Assembly: GCA_021734445.1 (NCBI GenBank)
Contig: JAIPIY010000001.1
Location: forward strand, 31,849 to 95,848
From: Minisyncoccota bacterium
GTDB taxonomy: Bacteria > Patescibacteriota > Minisyncoccia > Phycocordibacterales > UBA1006
DNA: 64,000 nt
Reading direction: 5' to 3'
The notes below the pieces were generated by a model. The model made no database searches and was not told the origin of the DNA. It saw nothing but the letters and a program-made list of their open reading frames with translations. Shown here in pieces: positions 39,458-48,667 of the stretch (positions within the stretch are counted from its first letter, which is position 1; each line of letters opens with the position of its first letter). The position numbers and the translations under genes are program-made.

Positions 39458-39491
39458 GTATAGCAGTATACCAAATTTAATAAGAAACCCA

Positions 39492-40250
39492 CTATTTCTT
39501 TCCCAAAAGAATACGTTCCGCTATATCACGATGTTCCGGGGTGTTAACTCCTATCCCTTCTTCTGGTGTTATTGGAGATGATGTGACTATTTGACCTTCT
39601 AATACTGCGATGGAAACAAATTTAGTAAGATAATATTCACCAGCGATATTATTATTATCAATACTAGGTAATCGATCACACATCCAACGTGTATCAAAAC
39701 AAAAATAGTTAGGATTCACTTCTTTTATATTTAATTGATCTACCGATGAATCTTTTACTTCGATAATTTGCTGTATATTTCCGTTAGTATCACGAATAAT
39801 GCGACCCCAACTTTCAAATGGCGTATACCAATCACCATACGATGGAACAGTAACAACACCTAATGTAATGGTAGCTTTTTTGCTATCGTGTTCTTTCAAT
39901 AACCTCAAAAGCATATTAGCTGAAATAGTAGGATGATCTCCATTTAATACAATCGTTGGTTTTTTTAGATCCAATAGATGACATGCGGATTTTACAGCAT
40001 GAGCGGTCCCCAGCTGTTGTTCTTGGATCGCAAATTGATACGATTCGCCAATAATCTCTTTAAAGAAATCGATGTTATCAGGACTGACCACAATAATAGG
40101 ATTTTCACAAATTCCTGATTCTTGCACCGCTTCTAAAATATATTGAATCATCGGTTTTCCTGCAACTTCTAAAAGAGGCTTTGGCCGGTCTGCATTCATG
40201 CGTTTTCCATGACCCGCTGCCATGATGACGATATTTACTTTATTTTCCAT
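39492..40250 (-). CDS. GlmU-like nucleotidyltransferase, N-terminal domain only
   Basis: MAAGHGKRM, PKPL, QQLGTAHAV, NGD, GEYYLT, GVNT; ends where the acetyltransferase beta-helix would begin. Confidence 0.85.
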   Translation of the reverse strand: MENKVNIVIMAAGHGKRMNADRPKPLLEVAGKPMIQYILEAVQESGICENPIIVVSPDNIDFFKEIIGESYQFAIQEQQLGTAHAVKSACHLLDLKKPTIVLNGDHPTISANMLLRLLKEHDSKKATITLGVVTVPSYGDWYTPFESWGRIIRDTNGNIQQIIEVKDSSVDQLNIKEVNPNYFCFDTRWMCDRLPSIDNNNIAGEYYLTKFVSIAVLEGQIVTSSPITPEEGIGVNTPEHRDIAERILLGKK

Positions 40251-40311
40251 ATAGGGACTATGATAGCAAAAAATAGGTCAAAAGTCACCCTTAGAAGAGC
40301 CAGGAAAAGGA

Positions 40312-43300
40312 CTATTCTGTAGTAGGTGCTTCGCCTGAATCACTACTTTCTGATTCCGAAGATTCTCCAGGTTGACCCTCATTTGAACTTTCCTCTGCTG
40401 ATTCTTTGGATTCATTAGATTCTTCTACTGTATCTTCTTGTGGTTCTTCATTTACATTTGATTCATCGGGTGCATTTCCAATATTTTCAGCGTTATCAGT
40501 ATCATCAGTATCATCAGTGTTTACATTTGATTCATTTGAAGTATTTTCAGTAGTATCATCTATTATTTCAGATTCATTATTTTCTTCATCCGAGCCATTT
40601 GCATCATCTATATCATCTGTATTATCAGAAGAAGAATTGTAATATATGGTAGAAATATTTTGATTTTGTAGTAATTGTTGTAACTGATCTTTTGTTACAC
40701 AAACATCTTCGATACAAAGCTCGTTAGTTTGAACTTTGTCAGATCGAATTATTTGTACAAACAATTCGCCTATTCCATTCCCCGCATCAGCAAACCAGTT
40801 TCGGATTCTTGAAAGAAATGTTTCATCTGAAAGATTTTGAATATCCAATATTTTCAAGTCAATTTCTTTGATTGCAGCAACAAGTACAGGTGTAATTTGT
40901 GAATAATAAACAGATTTGAGACCTTTTTCATTAGTTGCTACAAGTTCTGGGAAATATTGCTCAAGGTCTTGAGCAAGGAATCCAATTTGTGCATCTGTAT
41001 TTGGTCTGTCATTCCAGTTATACGTAACAGTTTTTAGTTGGAGTACTTTATCTAAGATATTTGTCATATCTTCGATATTTGTTTTTAATCGTTCATCTGA
41101 TGAACATGCGATACCGGTACCGGTGGTAATAGTACACTCTGTAGTGGCTGCTTGGATGCGTACGGATTCAATTGATCCTGTTGCCAAGGTTGAACCAATC
41201 ATGAGTTGATTAGTTGCTGTGTTAGTTGCCCCTTTACCCAATGCGATACTGTTAGAGAATCCTCCGGTTGAAGTGTCGTCACCGATTAAGATAGAGTGGA
41301 AATCTGCGGTGAAGTTGTTAAGGGTAAAGTCTGCTGTTTTATATCCTGCATTGTTTCCAATGAAGATGGAGTTGTTAGAGTTTTGAGAGCCGGTGTCTAC
41401 TCCATTGGATGCTCCAGCAAGATAGCCAATGAAGGTGGAGTTGTATGAGTTAGCCGCCGCAGAGCCAGCATTTTGTCCAAAGAAATTTGAATTAGAAGCA
41501 GAGGTTGCCGAAGCACCAGCATTCTGCCCAAAGAAGTTTGAGTTATTAGCATCGGTTGCCGAACTACCAGCGAAGGTACCAAAGAAGTTTGAGTTATTAG
41601 CATTAGCTGAAAAATTTCCTGAATATTCTCCAAAAAAATTTGAATGATAAACACTTGAAGAACTCGCCCCAGCAAAACGACCCAAAAAATTTGAATGGTG
41701 TGCATTAGTTGAATTTTGACCAGCATATTGACCTAAAATAATATTACCACCTGAACTAGTCGATCCCTGCTCCGCTCCTGTTAGTCCAGAAGAATATAGG
41801 GTATTACCTGCTGTTCCAACAGAAATTGGAGAAGATGTTTGTGCCGCCCAACTCATCACCCCTGCATTAGTTGATGAAAGTACATATCCATTTGTCCCAG
41901 GATATGCTGTTGGTAAAGTATATGATTCACCTTGGAATTTCCACGTAGTAATACTGTCTGGAAGTGCAAATTGGTTTGAAGCAGCGATAGCGCCGAAACC
42001 GAGAGCAATGGCATTCGAGGTATTACCTGTTGAAACATCTGCAAATGAACCGATAAGTGTGTTATTTATACCGGTAAGATTAGTGTACCCCGTACGATAT
42101 CCTAAAGCAGCATTATCAGACCCAGAAATAGTTTGAGAAAGTGATTGAAACCCATTAGCCGTGTTTCGGTTATTTGTTACTGCTTCAAGTGCTGCGTATC
42201 CAAATGCTGTGTTAAAAGACCCTGTTTGATTAAAGGCTATAGTTTGGTAACCATGCCCTGTATTATATTCACCGGTTGTGTTTGAAAATAATGACTTATA
42301 ACCAGTAGCAGTATTAAAAGACCCTGTGGTATTAAAACGAAGAGCGTAGGCTCCATGTGCAGTATTATAAAACCCTGTGGTATTAGCAAAAAGCGATTCC
42401 AGCCCAGTTGCAGTATTATTATTCCCTGTAGTATTAGAATACCCTGACTGATATCCAATAAATGTATTAGCATTTGGTCCAGAGTTATTTAACCCTGCAT
42501 CTATCCCTAGAAATGTATTGTTATTTTCGGTAAGACCCGTAAGTGATGTAGTTGTTTCCCACGATAATTGCCCAGCCCCATCAGTAGTCAAAATTTCTCC
42601 ATTCCCACCATCAGCTCGTGGGAATGTGTACCCTGAGGTTCCATCAAAATCAAATGTTATTCCAGAAGCATAATTTAAAAGTATCTTGGAATAATCTCCA
42701 GTGGAAGAATTACCCGCATTTAAATCAAAACCATCCTCTGTTATAGTAAATACATTTTGCATATCATCTCCGAATGAATCTTCTACCTGGAGTCGCATTT
42801 CGATACTCTCAGGTTCAAAGCTAGCAAATGAAAGGTAATTATTATCAAAATCAAGATATCCAACAAGTGTTGTTTGATCAGACAACCCAACACCACTGGC
42901 ATCTCCATTAAAAATGAGATTCATACCAGCAGATGGTCCACTATCGGGAACGTGTATCATCCCAGAACCAATGAAAAATTCATTTTCTAAAACATCATCT
43001 ACGAATACACCTGTGATATATCCAGGAACTAATGTTGCTGTTCCTACAAGGAAACGATCCTCATTTCGGAAGAATAATTCATCCGTCGTAATATCCCCAT
43101 TCCCATCTAAATACAAAACACTGTTTGGATCTAATCCGTCATACAGACTAATAGCACATGCTGGATCGGTTGGACCAGTACACAGAGTGTCCCCTACAGG
43201 ATCCAATGTTTCTCCTGGTGCAATAGCAGAAACCACAATACCACCATAGATAGTGAGAGCGACTACAACAAACAAAAAGAGACTATATTTTTTACATACT

Positions 43301-43314
43301 TCAAAAAATTTCAT
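40312..43314 (-). CDS. Large secreted fibre/adhesin-like protein with beta-helix repeats, S74 intramolecular chaperone domain and acidic tail
   Basis: Signal peptide from MKFFEV; NTTG.FNTA.G and SNFFGQNAG repeats; SSDERLKTNI..IGFLAQD..PELV; D/E/N/S-rich C-terminus. Confidence 0.85.
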   Translation of the reverse strand: MKFFEVCKKYSLFLFVVVALTIYGGIVVSAIAPGETLDPVGDTLCTGPTDPACAISLYDGLDPNSVLYLDGNGDITTDELFFRNEDRFLVGTATLVPGYITGVFVDDVLENEFFIGSGMIHVPDSGPSAGMNLIFNGDASGVGLSDQTTLVGYLDFDNNYLSFASFEPESIEMRLQVEDSFGDDMQNVFTITEDGFDLNAGNSSTGDYSKILLNYASGITFDFDGTSGYTFPRADGGNGEILTTDGAGQLSWETTTSLTGLTENNNTFLGIDAGLNNSGPNANTFIGYQSGYSNTTGNNNTATGLESLFANTTGFYNTAHGAYALRFNTTGSFNTATGYKSLFSNTTGEYNTGHGYQTIAFNQTGSFNTAFGYAALEAVTNNRNTANGFQSLSQTISGSDNAALGYRTGYTNLTGINNTLIGSFADVSTGNTSNAIALGFGAIAASNQFALPDSITTWKFQGESYTLPTAYPGTNGYVLSSTNAGVMSWAAQTSSPISVGTAGNTLYSSGLTGAEQGSTSSGGNIILGQYAGQNSTNAHHSNFLGRFAGASSSSVYHSNFFGEYSGNFSANANNSNFFGTFAGSSATDANNSNFFGQNAGASATSASNSNFFGQNAGSAAANSYNSTFIGYLAGASNGVDTGSQNSNNSIFIGNNAGYKTADFTLNNFTADFHSILIGDDTSTGGFSNSIALGKGATNTATNQLMIGSTLATGSIESVRIQAATTECTITTGTGIACSSDERLKTNIEDMTNILDKVLQLKTVTYNWNDRPNTDAQIGFLAQDLEQYFPELVATNEKGLKSVYYSQITPVLVAAIKEIDLKILDIQNLSDETFLSRIRNWFADAGNGIGELFVQIIRSDKVQTNELCIEDVCVTKDQLQQLLQNQNISTIYYNSSSDNTDDIDDANGSDEENNESEIIDDTTENTSNESNVNTDDTDDTDNAENIGNAPDESNVNEEPQEDTVEESNESKESAEESSNEGQPGESSESESSDSGEAPTTE
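41440..41730 (-). repeat. 42-bp (14-aa) coding tandem repeats SNFFG..AG.SAT.A
   Basis: Recurrent CCAAAGAA(G/A)TTTGA every 42 nt. Confidence 0.75.
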
Positions 43315-43348
43315 ATGACTATAGTATAGCATGTTTTTTTTAAAAAGA

Positions 43349-44689
43349 TTACAGAATTTTATGAATCCAATCTTGTGCTTGTTCTTTTGTTGGAGCTTCG
43401 GCAAAAAACCGAACAATAGGTTCTGTGTTTGATGCCCTAACATGCAACCAACCGTTGTCAAAATTCACCTTGATACCATCAGTTTCATCTATAGAGAATT
43501 CTGAAAATATTGTTTTCACTTTTTCAAGATACATTTCAACTTCCTGTCGTGAAGAAACTTCTATTTTGTCTTTTACAATTTCATATTTGGGAATTTCAGC
43601 AACCAATTCGGATAACGTTTTTCCTGTTACCGCAAGCATTTCTAAAATTAATGCAATACCCACATAAGAATCCCGAACATATCCAATTTCTGGCCAAATA
43701 ATACCACCATTCCCTTCTCCACCGAACACAGCCTGATTTTCTACCATTGCATTCGCGACATGAATTTCTCCAATTTGCGTTCGCATGATTTTGCAACCAA
43801 ATTCATTTGCGACATCATCAAACATTTTTGATGTCGAAAGATTTGCAACTACTGGACCCCCTTGTTTTTCTGTACGTGTTTGCAAATAATGACGCATTGC
43901 CAATACTAATGTATATTCTTCCCCAATGGGATTTCCCTTCTCGTCAACAATGGCCAACCTGTCCGCATCAGGATCCTGGGCAAAACCAACCTGTGCACCA
44001 GTTTCGCGAACCTTTTGACCCAATACATCTAAAAATTCTGGCAACGGTTCTGGGTTTCGTTCAAATTCTCCCTCTATTTTTTCATGCAGATATATTGCGT
44101 CAATACCCAATTGCGCCATCATGTATGCATCCGCGTCAATCCCCGCCCCATTTCCCATATCTATAACAGTTGTTAATTTTGCATTTTTTATTACATCCAC
44201 CTGAACATGTTTCAAAATCTTATCAATATGATTTTTACCAGCGTCATCTTTTTTTACAACAGAGCCAGGTGTAGTATCCAACAAAGGATTCTCGCCAGAT
44301 TCATATTGTTTGATAATCTGATTCATAACAGATGGGTCTAAAAATAATCCAAGAGGGGTAAAAAACTTTAATCCATTCCAGGGTGCAGGATTATGACTGG
44401 CGGTGATCATAATACCAGCATCAGCGGATTCTGTGCGAACAGTAAATGCTAATGTAGGAGTTGCGGTGATCCCACAATGAATCACCGTGCAACCATATTC
44501 CCGCAATACACGTATTACAATTTCAGAAATCTCATTACGGCTTTTACGTGTATCAGTACCCAATATTACCTTTTTTGGTTTTACCACATCTAAAAATATT
44601 TTTATGATCTGTTCTGTGTTTTCAGGCAATAATGATTTACCCCAAATACCTCGAATACCTGAAATACCCAGCTTTAATGTGTTTTGCAT
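43349..44689 (-). CDS. glmM: Phosphohexomutase (phosphoglucosamine mutase / PMM family)
   Basis: GISGIRG, ITASHNP, DPDADR, GGEGNGG, RASNTEP; near the mur cluster. Confidence 0.8.
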   Translation of the reverse strand: MQNTLKLGISGIRGIWGKSLLPENTEQIIKIFLDVVKPKKVILGTDTRKSRNEISEIVIRVLREYGCTVIHCGITATPTLAFTVRTESADAGIMITASHNPAPWNGLKFFTPLGLFLDPSVMNQIIKQYESGENPLLDTTPGSVVKKDDAGKNHIDKILKHVQVDVIKNAKLTTVIDMGNGAGIDADAYMMAQLGIDAIYLHEKIEGEFERNPEPLPEFLDVLGQKVRETGAQVGFAQDPDADRLAIVDEKGNPIGEEYTLVLAMRHYLQTRTEKQGGPVVANLSTSKMFDDVANEFGCKIMRTQIGEIHVANAMVENQAVFGGEGNGGIIWPEIGYVRDSYVGIALILEMLAVTGKTLSELVAEIPKYEIVKDKIEVSSRQEVEMYLEKVKTIFSEFSIDETDGIKVNFDNGWLHVRASNTEPIVRFFAEAPTKEQAQDWIHKIL

Positions 44690-44705
44690 ATGTCATCATT
44701 GTACC

Positions 44706-44739
44706 AAGAAAAAACACCTCTTGCGAGATGTTTTTTCTT
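44706..44739 (-). terminator. Intrinsic terminator after nrdA
   Basis: AAGAAAAAACA..TGTTTTTTCTT hairpin. Confidence 0.6.
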
Positions 44740-44747
44740 GATATCTA

Positions 44748-46490
44748 TTATCCTTCACAACTGATACATACATTTTCATCACCTGAAGAATTGTGCACTT
44801 TAATTTCTTCAGCATCTTTTTTCTTGTGCTCCATTTCTTGTAGTTTTTTACGTCCAAATTGTTGTGCAGCATTCATACTGTGTTGATAGTATAATGTTTT
44901 GATTCCTTTTTCCCATGCGTATAGATAGAGAGAATTTAAATCTTTAGTAGAGATAGTTGGATCAATCATAATATTCAATGACTGAGCCTGGTCGATATGT
45001 TTCTGACGTGCAGCAGCCTGGTCGATAATAATTTTTTGATCAATTTCACTAAACGTACGAAACACCATTTTTTCATGGTGAGTAAGAAAATCCAAATGCT
45101 GTACAGAACCATCATTGTCTCGAATATTATTCCATACATCAGTGGTGTTCATACCTTTTTCTTCTAACAGTGCTTCTAATGAAGGATTTTTTATTGTCAC
45201 TTTCATTTTATCAACATCTTTTACAAAGGCATTCGACATAAATGGTTCGATACTTTGTGATACTTGACCCAAAATAAATGCTGACGACGTTGTTGGAGCA
45301 ACAGCCAACAAGGTTGTGTTACGACGGCCATACCCTTTTAATATTTCTGGTTCGCCATATTCTTTTGCTAATTGCACCGATGCTGCATATGAACGTTCAT
45401 GAATAGTTTTAAATATTTCTTCGTTCAAATGCATTGCTTTGTCGCTTTCAAATGCAATATTATTTTCTTGCAGAAATGAATGCCATCCTAAAACTCCTAA
45501 TCCTAATGCACGATGTTCTTTTGCAAATTTATATGCTCGTTGCATAAAATAAAAAGCAGATTGTTTTTGCGGATCAGCACTGTCTCGTAGTGATTCCAAT
45601 CGAACCAAAAAGTCTGAAATAACGGTATCCAAAAACATAACCAATGTTTCCACCGCATCAGTATCTCTCCATTCGTTATAATGTTTTAGATTCATGGATG
45701 ACAAACAACATACAAATGAAATATCATCATTGGTTGGTAAACAGATTTCTGAACAAAGATTACTACCATGAATTTTCATTTCTTTGTCTTTGTATACATC
45801 AACCGTATTATTATTTACGGTGTCTGAAAAAAGAATATACGGATATCCAATTTCTGTTCTTCGTTGAATAACCTTTGCCCAAACTCTTCGTTTATCTTGA
45901 TCTCCATCAATCATGTCTTGTAACCAGTTGTCTGTAACGGTAACTGCATAGGTTGATTCTTGGATGGGGTGACCTTCTTTACCGATATCAAGAAATTCTT
46001 CGATATCACCATGTTCCAAAGGTAAATAAGGAGCAAAGTGCCCACGTCGGACAGTTCCCTGACTAACGATATTAATCAAATTATCAAACAATTCCATAAA
46101 ATGTACAGCCCCTGAAGAATGACCGTTGTCAGAAATAACTGAACCGCGAGGACGTAATCCAGCAAAATGACCAGCGGTTCCCCCACCATATTTTGTCATC
46201 ATACCTACTTCGGCATGGGTATACAAAATACGAGACATATCATCAGCAACATAACTAGAAAAACAACTAATTGGTAGACCACGAGTCAACCCGTAGTTTG
46301 ACCAAACAGGAGATGCCAAAGAATAAAATCCTTTGGACATATAATCATAAAATTTATCAGCAAATCCTGGTTTATTCAGATACTTTTCGGCAATATCTGC
46401 GATTTCTCGGATACGTTCTTCGGCAGTTACACCATCACGCAAATATCCTTTTGCTAAAAATTTTCTACTGTTTTCGTTAAGCCAATACAT
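44748..46490 (-). CDS. nrdA: Class I ribonucleotide reductase alpha subunit, short, without ATP-cone
   Basis: PISCF, GSNLCSEI, VCCLSS, APTTSS, TLYY, C-terminal CISC. Confidence 0.95.
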   Translation of the reverse strand: MYWLNENSRKFLAKGYLRDGVTAEERIREIADIAEKYLNKPGFADKFYDYMSKGFYSLASPVWSNYGLTRGLPISCFSSYVADDMSRILYTHAEVGMMTKYGGGTAGHFAGLRPRGSVISDNGHSSGAVHFMELFDNLINIVSQGTVRRGHFAPYLPLEHGDIEEFLDIGKEGHPIQESTYAVTVTDNWLQDMIDGDQDKRRVWAKVIQRRTEIGYPYILFSDTVNNNTVDVYKDKEMKIHGSNLCSEICLPTNDDISFVCCLSSMNLKHYNEWRDTDAVETLVMFLDTVISDFLVRLESLRDSADPQKQSAFYFMQRAYKFAKEHRALGLGVLGWHSFLQENNIAFESDKAMHLNEEIFKTIHERSYAASVQLAKEYGEPEILKGYGRRNTTLLAVAPTTSSAFILGQVSQSIEPFMSNAFVKDVDKMKVTIKNPSLEALLEEKGMNTTDVWNNIRDNDGSVQHLDFLTHHEKMVFRTFSEIDQKIIIDQAAARQKHIDQAQSLNIMIDPTISTKDLNSLYLYAWEKGIKTLYYQHSMNAAQQFGRKKLQEMEHKKKDAEEIKVHNSSGDENVCISCEG

Positions 46491-46516
46491 ATGTCTTTAA
46501 TATAAATAATGAATAA

Positions 46517-47818
46517 TTAAAATAAATCTTCGCTGGTAATACTCTTACTTTTTTTATTATAATTGATAGACCTCTTGTTAAAGAAATCCCCATGTTTTGT
46601 AGCAATTACCTCATCATAGAACCAATCAGACTCTTTCAAAAAAGTTGCATCGGTAGAAAAAATCTTCTGAATGCCAATACTTTCTAATGACCTATTAAAC
46701 CGATCTTTAATAAATTCCAGCACTACTACTTTTGACATAAAATCCAATTCCCCTTCTTCAAAAATCCATTCCACAACCCCTTTTTCTGCTTCAAATGCTT
46801 CATGGCACAGTTTAACAACCTGTTCATGAAATTCATCGTCAAACCATTCAGGATGTTCTTCTTTGATAATGAGAATTAAATCAATACCAAACAAACCATG
46901 AATTTGCTCTTCTTTTGATGTTGCCTCTACAGCATTTGAAATACCTTTAAATAAATTTTTGTGTTTATTAAAGGACATCATGATCAAGAACTGAGAAAAC
47001 AACGAAACATGTTCGATGAACAATGCAAACAATAAAATAGATTGACTATATTCCCGATTATCGTCACTGCGTGCATTTTTCAAAGCCTTATCAAGATATG
47101 AAACACGATTGATTAACGCAGGAAACTTTTGAATATTTTGAAATTCTTCATTTAACCCTAAAATTTCAAGCAGGTGTGCGTACGCATCTGTGTGACGCAC
47201 TTCACTTTCCGCAAAAGTTGCCCCCACTGCCCCTATTTCTGGTTTTGGCATTTTTTTGTACAAATCCCCCCAAAATGTTTTTACTGCAACTTCAATCTGC
47301 GCAATCGCAAGCATACAATTTTTGATCACATTTCTTTCTTTTTCACTCACGTTCACTCGGAAATCTTGGACGTCGCTTACAAAATTAAATTCTGTATGAA
47401 TCCAATAGGAATGTCGGATTGCATGCAAATATTCATATAATTCTGGATATTCGTAAGGTTTTAGATACACACGTTTTTTAAAGATATCTCTTTTTCTTTC
47501 TTGTGCACGTTGTTGACGATAGAGAATGTAGGATTTTGCTGTTTTTGCAAAATTAAGCTCGATCAATACCATTTCAACATAATCTTGGACTATTTCTACA
47601 TGAGAAATACAATCAGTAACACCCTGAGACACCGCAGATTCAAGTAATTTATCTACCACCCGCTCTGTTATTTTTTTTGCATCATCTTCACCGCCTTCCC
47701 CTACGGAATGCATTGCCTTCATGATTGCATGAGTAATACGATCCATATCAAATGGTACGATTTCGCCATTTCGCTTTTGGATGTTATCAAGAATTACTTT
47801 GGTTTTATCTAAAGACAT
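46517..47818 (-). CDS. nrdB: Class I ribonucleotide reductase beta subunit with N-terminal ATP-cone fusion
   Basis: IQKRNGEIVPFD..RI..AI.KA ATP-cone; QIEVAVK, ESEVRH..AY, EHVSLFSQF, KEEQIH, DFF..RSINY. Confidence 0.93.
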   Translation of the reverse strand: MSLDKTKVILDNIQKRNGEIVPFDMDRITHAIMKAMHSVGEGGEDDAKKITERVVDKLLESAVSQGVTDCISHVEIVQDYVEMVLIELNFAKTAKSYILYRQQRAQERKRDIFKKRVYLKPYEYPELYEYLHAIRHSYWIHTEFNFVSDVQDFRVNVSEKERNVIKNCMLAIAQIEVAVKTFWGDLYKKMPKPEIGAVGATFAESEVRHTDAYAHLLEILGLNEEFQNIQKFPALINRVSYLDKALKNARSDDNREYSQSILLFALFIEHVSLFSQFLIMMSFNKHKNLFKGISNAVEATSKEEQIHGLFGIDLILIIKEEHPEWFDDEFHEQVVKLCHEAFEAEKGVVEWIFEEGELDFMSKVVVLEFIKDRFNRSLESIGIQKIFSTDATFLKESDWFYDEVIATKHGDFFNKRSINYNKKSKSITSEDLF

Positions 47819-48060
47819 ACAAGGATATACAAAATAAAAACTAATAATGTGTGTATGAACGTTTTTTTAAATTCATCTCATCCGAACAGTGAACAATGTG
47901 TGTATACAGTATACAAAGGATGCAATCATACAACAAGTTTTTTGCTGTTTTTCTACCATTACGAAACGAAAACTACTACCAATCAAACGACACCCCAGAA
48001 AAATCCTACTCTCAGCCGTCAAATATGATTCTTGGTGAAAAAAATTCTTATACGGCAGAT

Positions 48061-48106
48061 AAAAAATAAAACCCTGTTACATCTAGTAAGCAGGGTTTTA
48101 TTTTTT
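48061..48106 (-). terminator. Intrinsic terminator
   Basis: AAAAAATAAAACCCTG..CAGGGTTTTATTTTTT. Confidence 0.75.
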
Positions 48107-48116
48107 ATCTTTTTTA

Positions 48117-48650
48117 TTAAATTACCAATCCAGATAATAACGATCCAACACCATAAGCAACCAAAGCAGCAAAAGAACCGACAAATAATGTCTCAAATAT
48201 TGATGCAATAACACCATGTCCTGATATTTTACTTTTCAATAGACCTAATACAGCCAAAGTTAATGCAGTACATACCGATGCCATGGTAAAACTATCAAAT
48301 GCCAAACCTGGGAACCATCGTGCGACCAAAAAAACGATCAATGGCATAAACCCAAAGAAACAAAACGATAAAAACGTCGCCATACCATTTTTCAAAGGAA
48401 TCATAAAATGGGTTCTATCTTCTTTTGTTTCACCTGAAGCGCGTTCATAGTCTTCTTCTGCCCGTGAGGATAAATAATCCCCAGAACCCATAGAAACACC
48501 GTCGGCCAACAGATTTGCCAATCCAAGGACAATAATCAACCCTGCAGGGGCTCCTGCACCCACCGCACTGGCAATAACTGCAAATGTAGTAATAATTCCA
48601 TCAAGACCGCCATAGACGATGCTTTTAATATATTTTCCCAACATAGACAA
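48117..48650 (-). CDS. VIT1/CCC1 family Fe/Mn transporter
   Basis: [38 protein letters not shown]. Confidence 0.92.
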   Translation of the reverse strand: MSMLGKYIKSIVYGGLDGIITTFAVIASAVGAGAPAGLIIVLGLANLLADGVSMGSGDYLSSRAEEDYERASGETKEDRTHFMIPLKNGMATFLSFCFFGFMPLIVFLVARWFPGLAFDSFTMASVCTALTLAVLGLLKSKISGHGVIASIFETLFVGSFAALVAYGVGSLLSGLVI

Positions 48651-48667
48651 AAAATTTAAGATAATAA

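Noticed and set aside
40312-43314. Prophage suggested by the tail-fibre chaperone domain
   Set aside because: Protein has a signal peptide and is flanked by cell-wall genes; no capsid, terminase or integrase in the window
47819-48060. NrdR boxes or riboswitch upstream of nrdB
   Set aside because: Only a TGTATAC-A-GTATACA palindrome overlapping a probable -10; no convincing tandem NrdR consensus or aptamer
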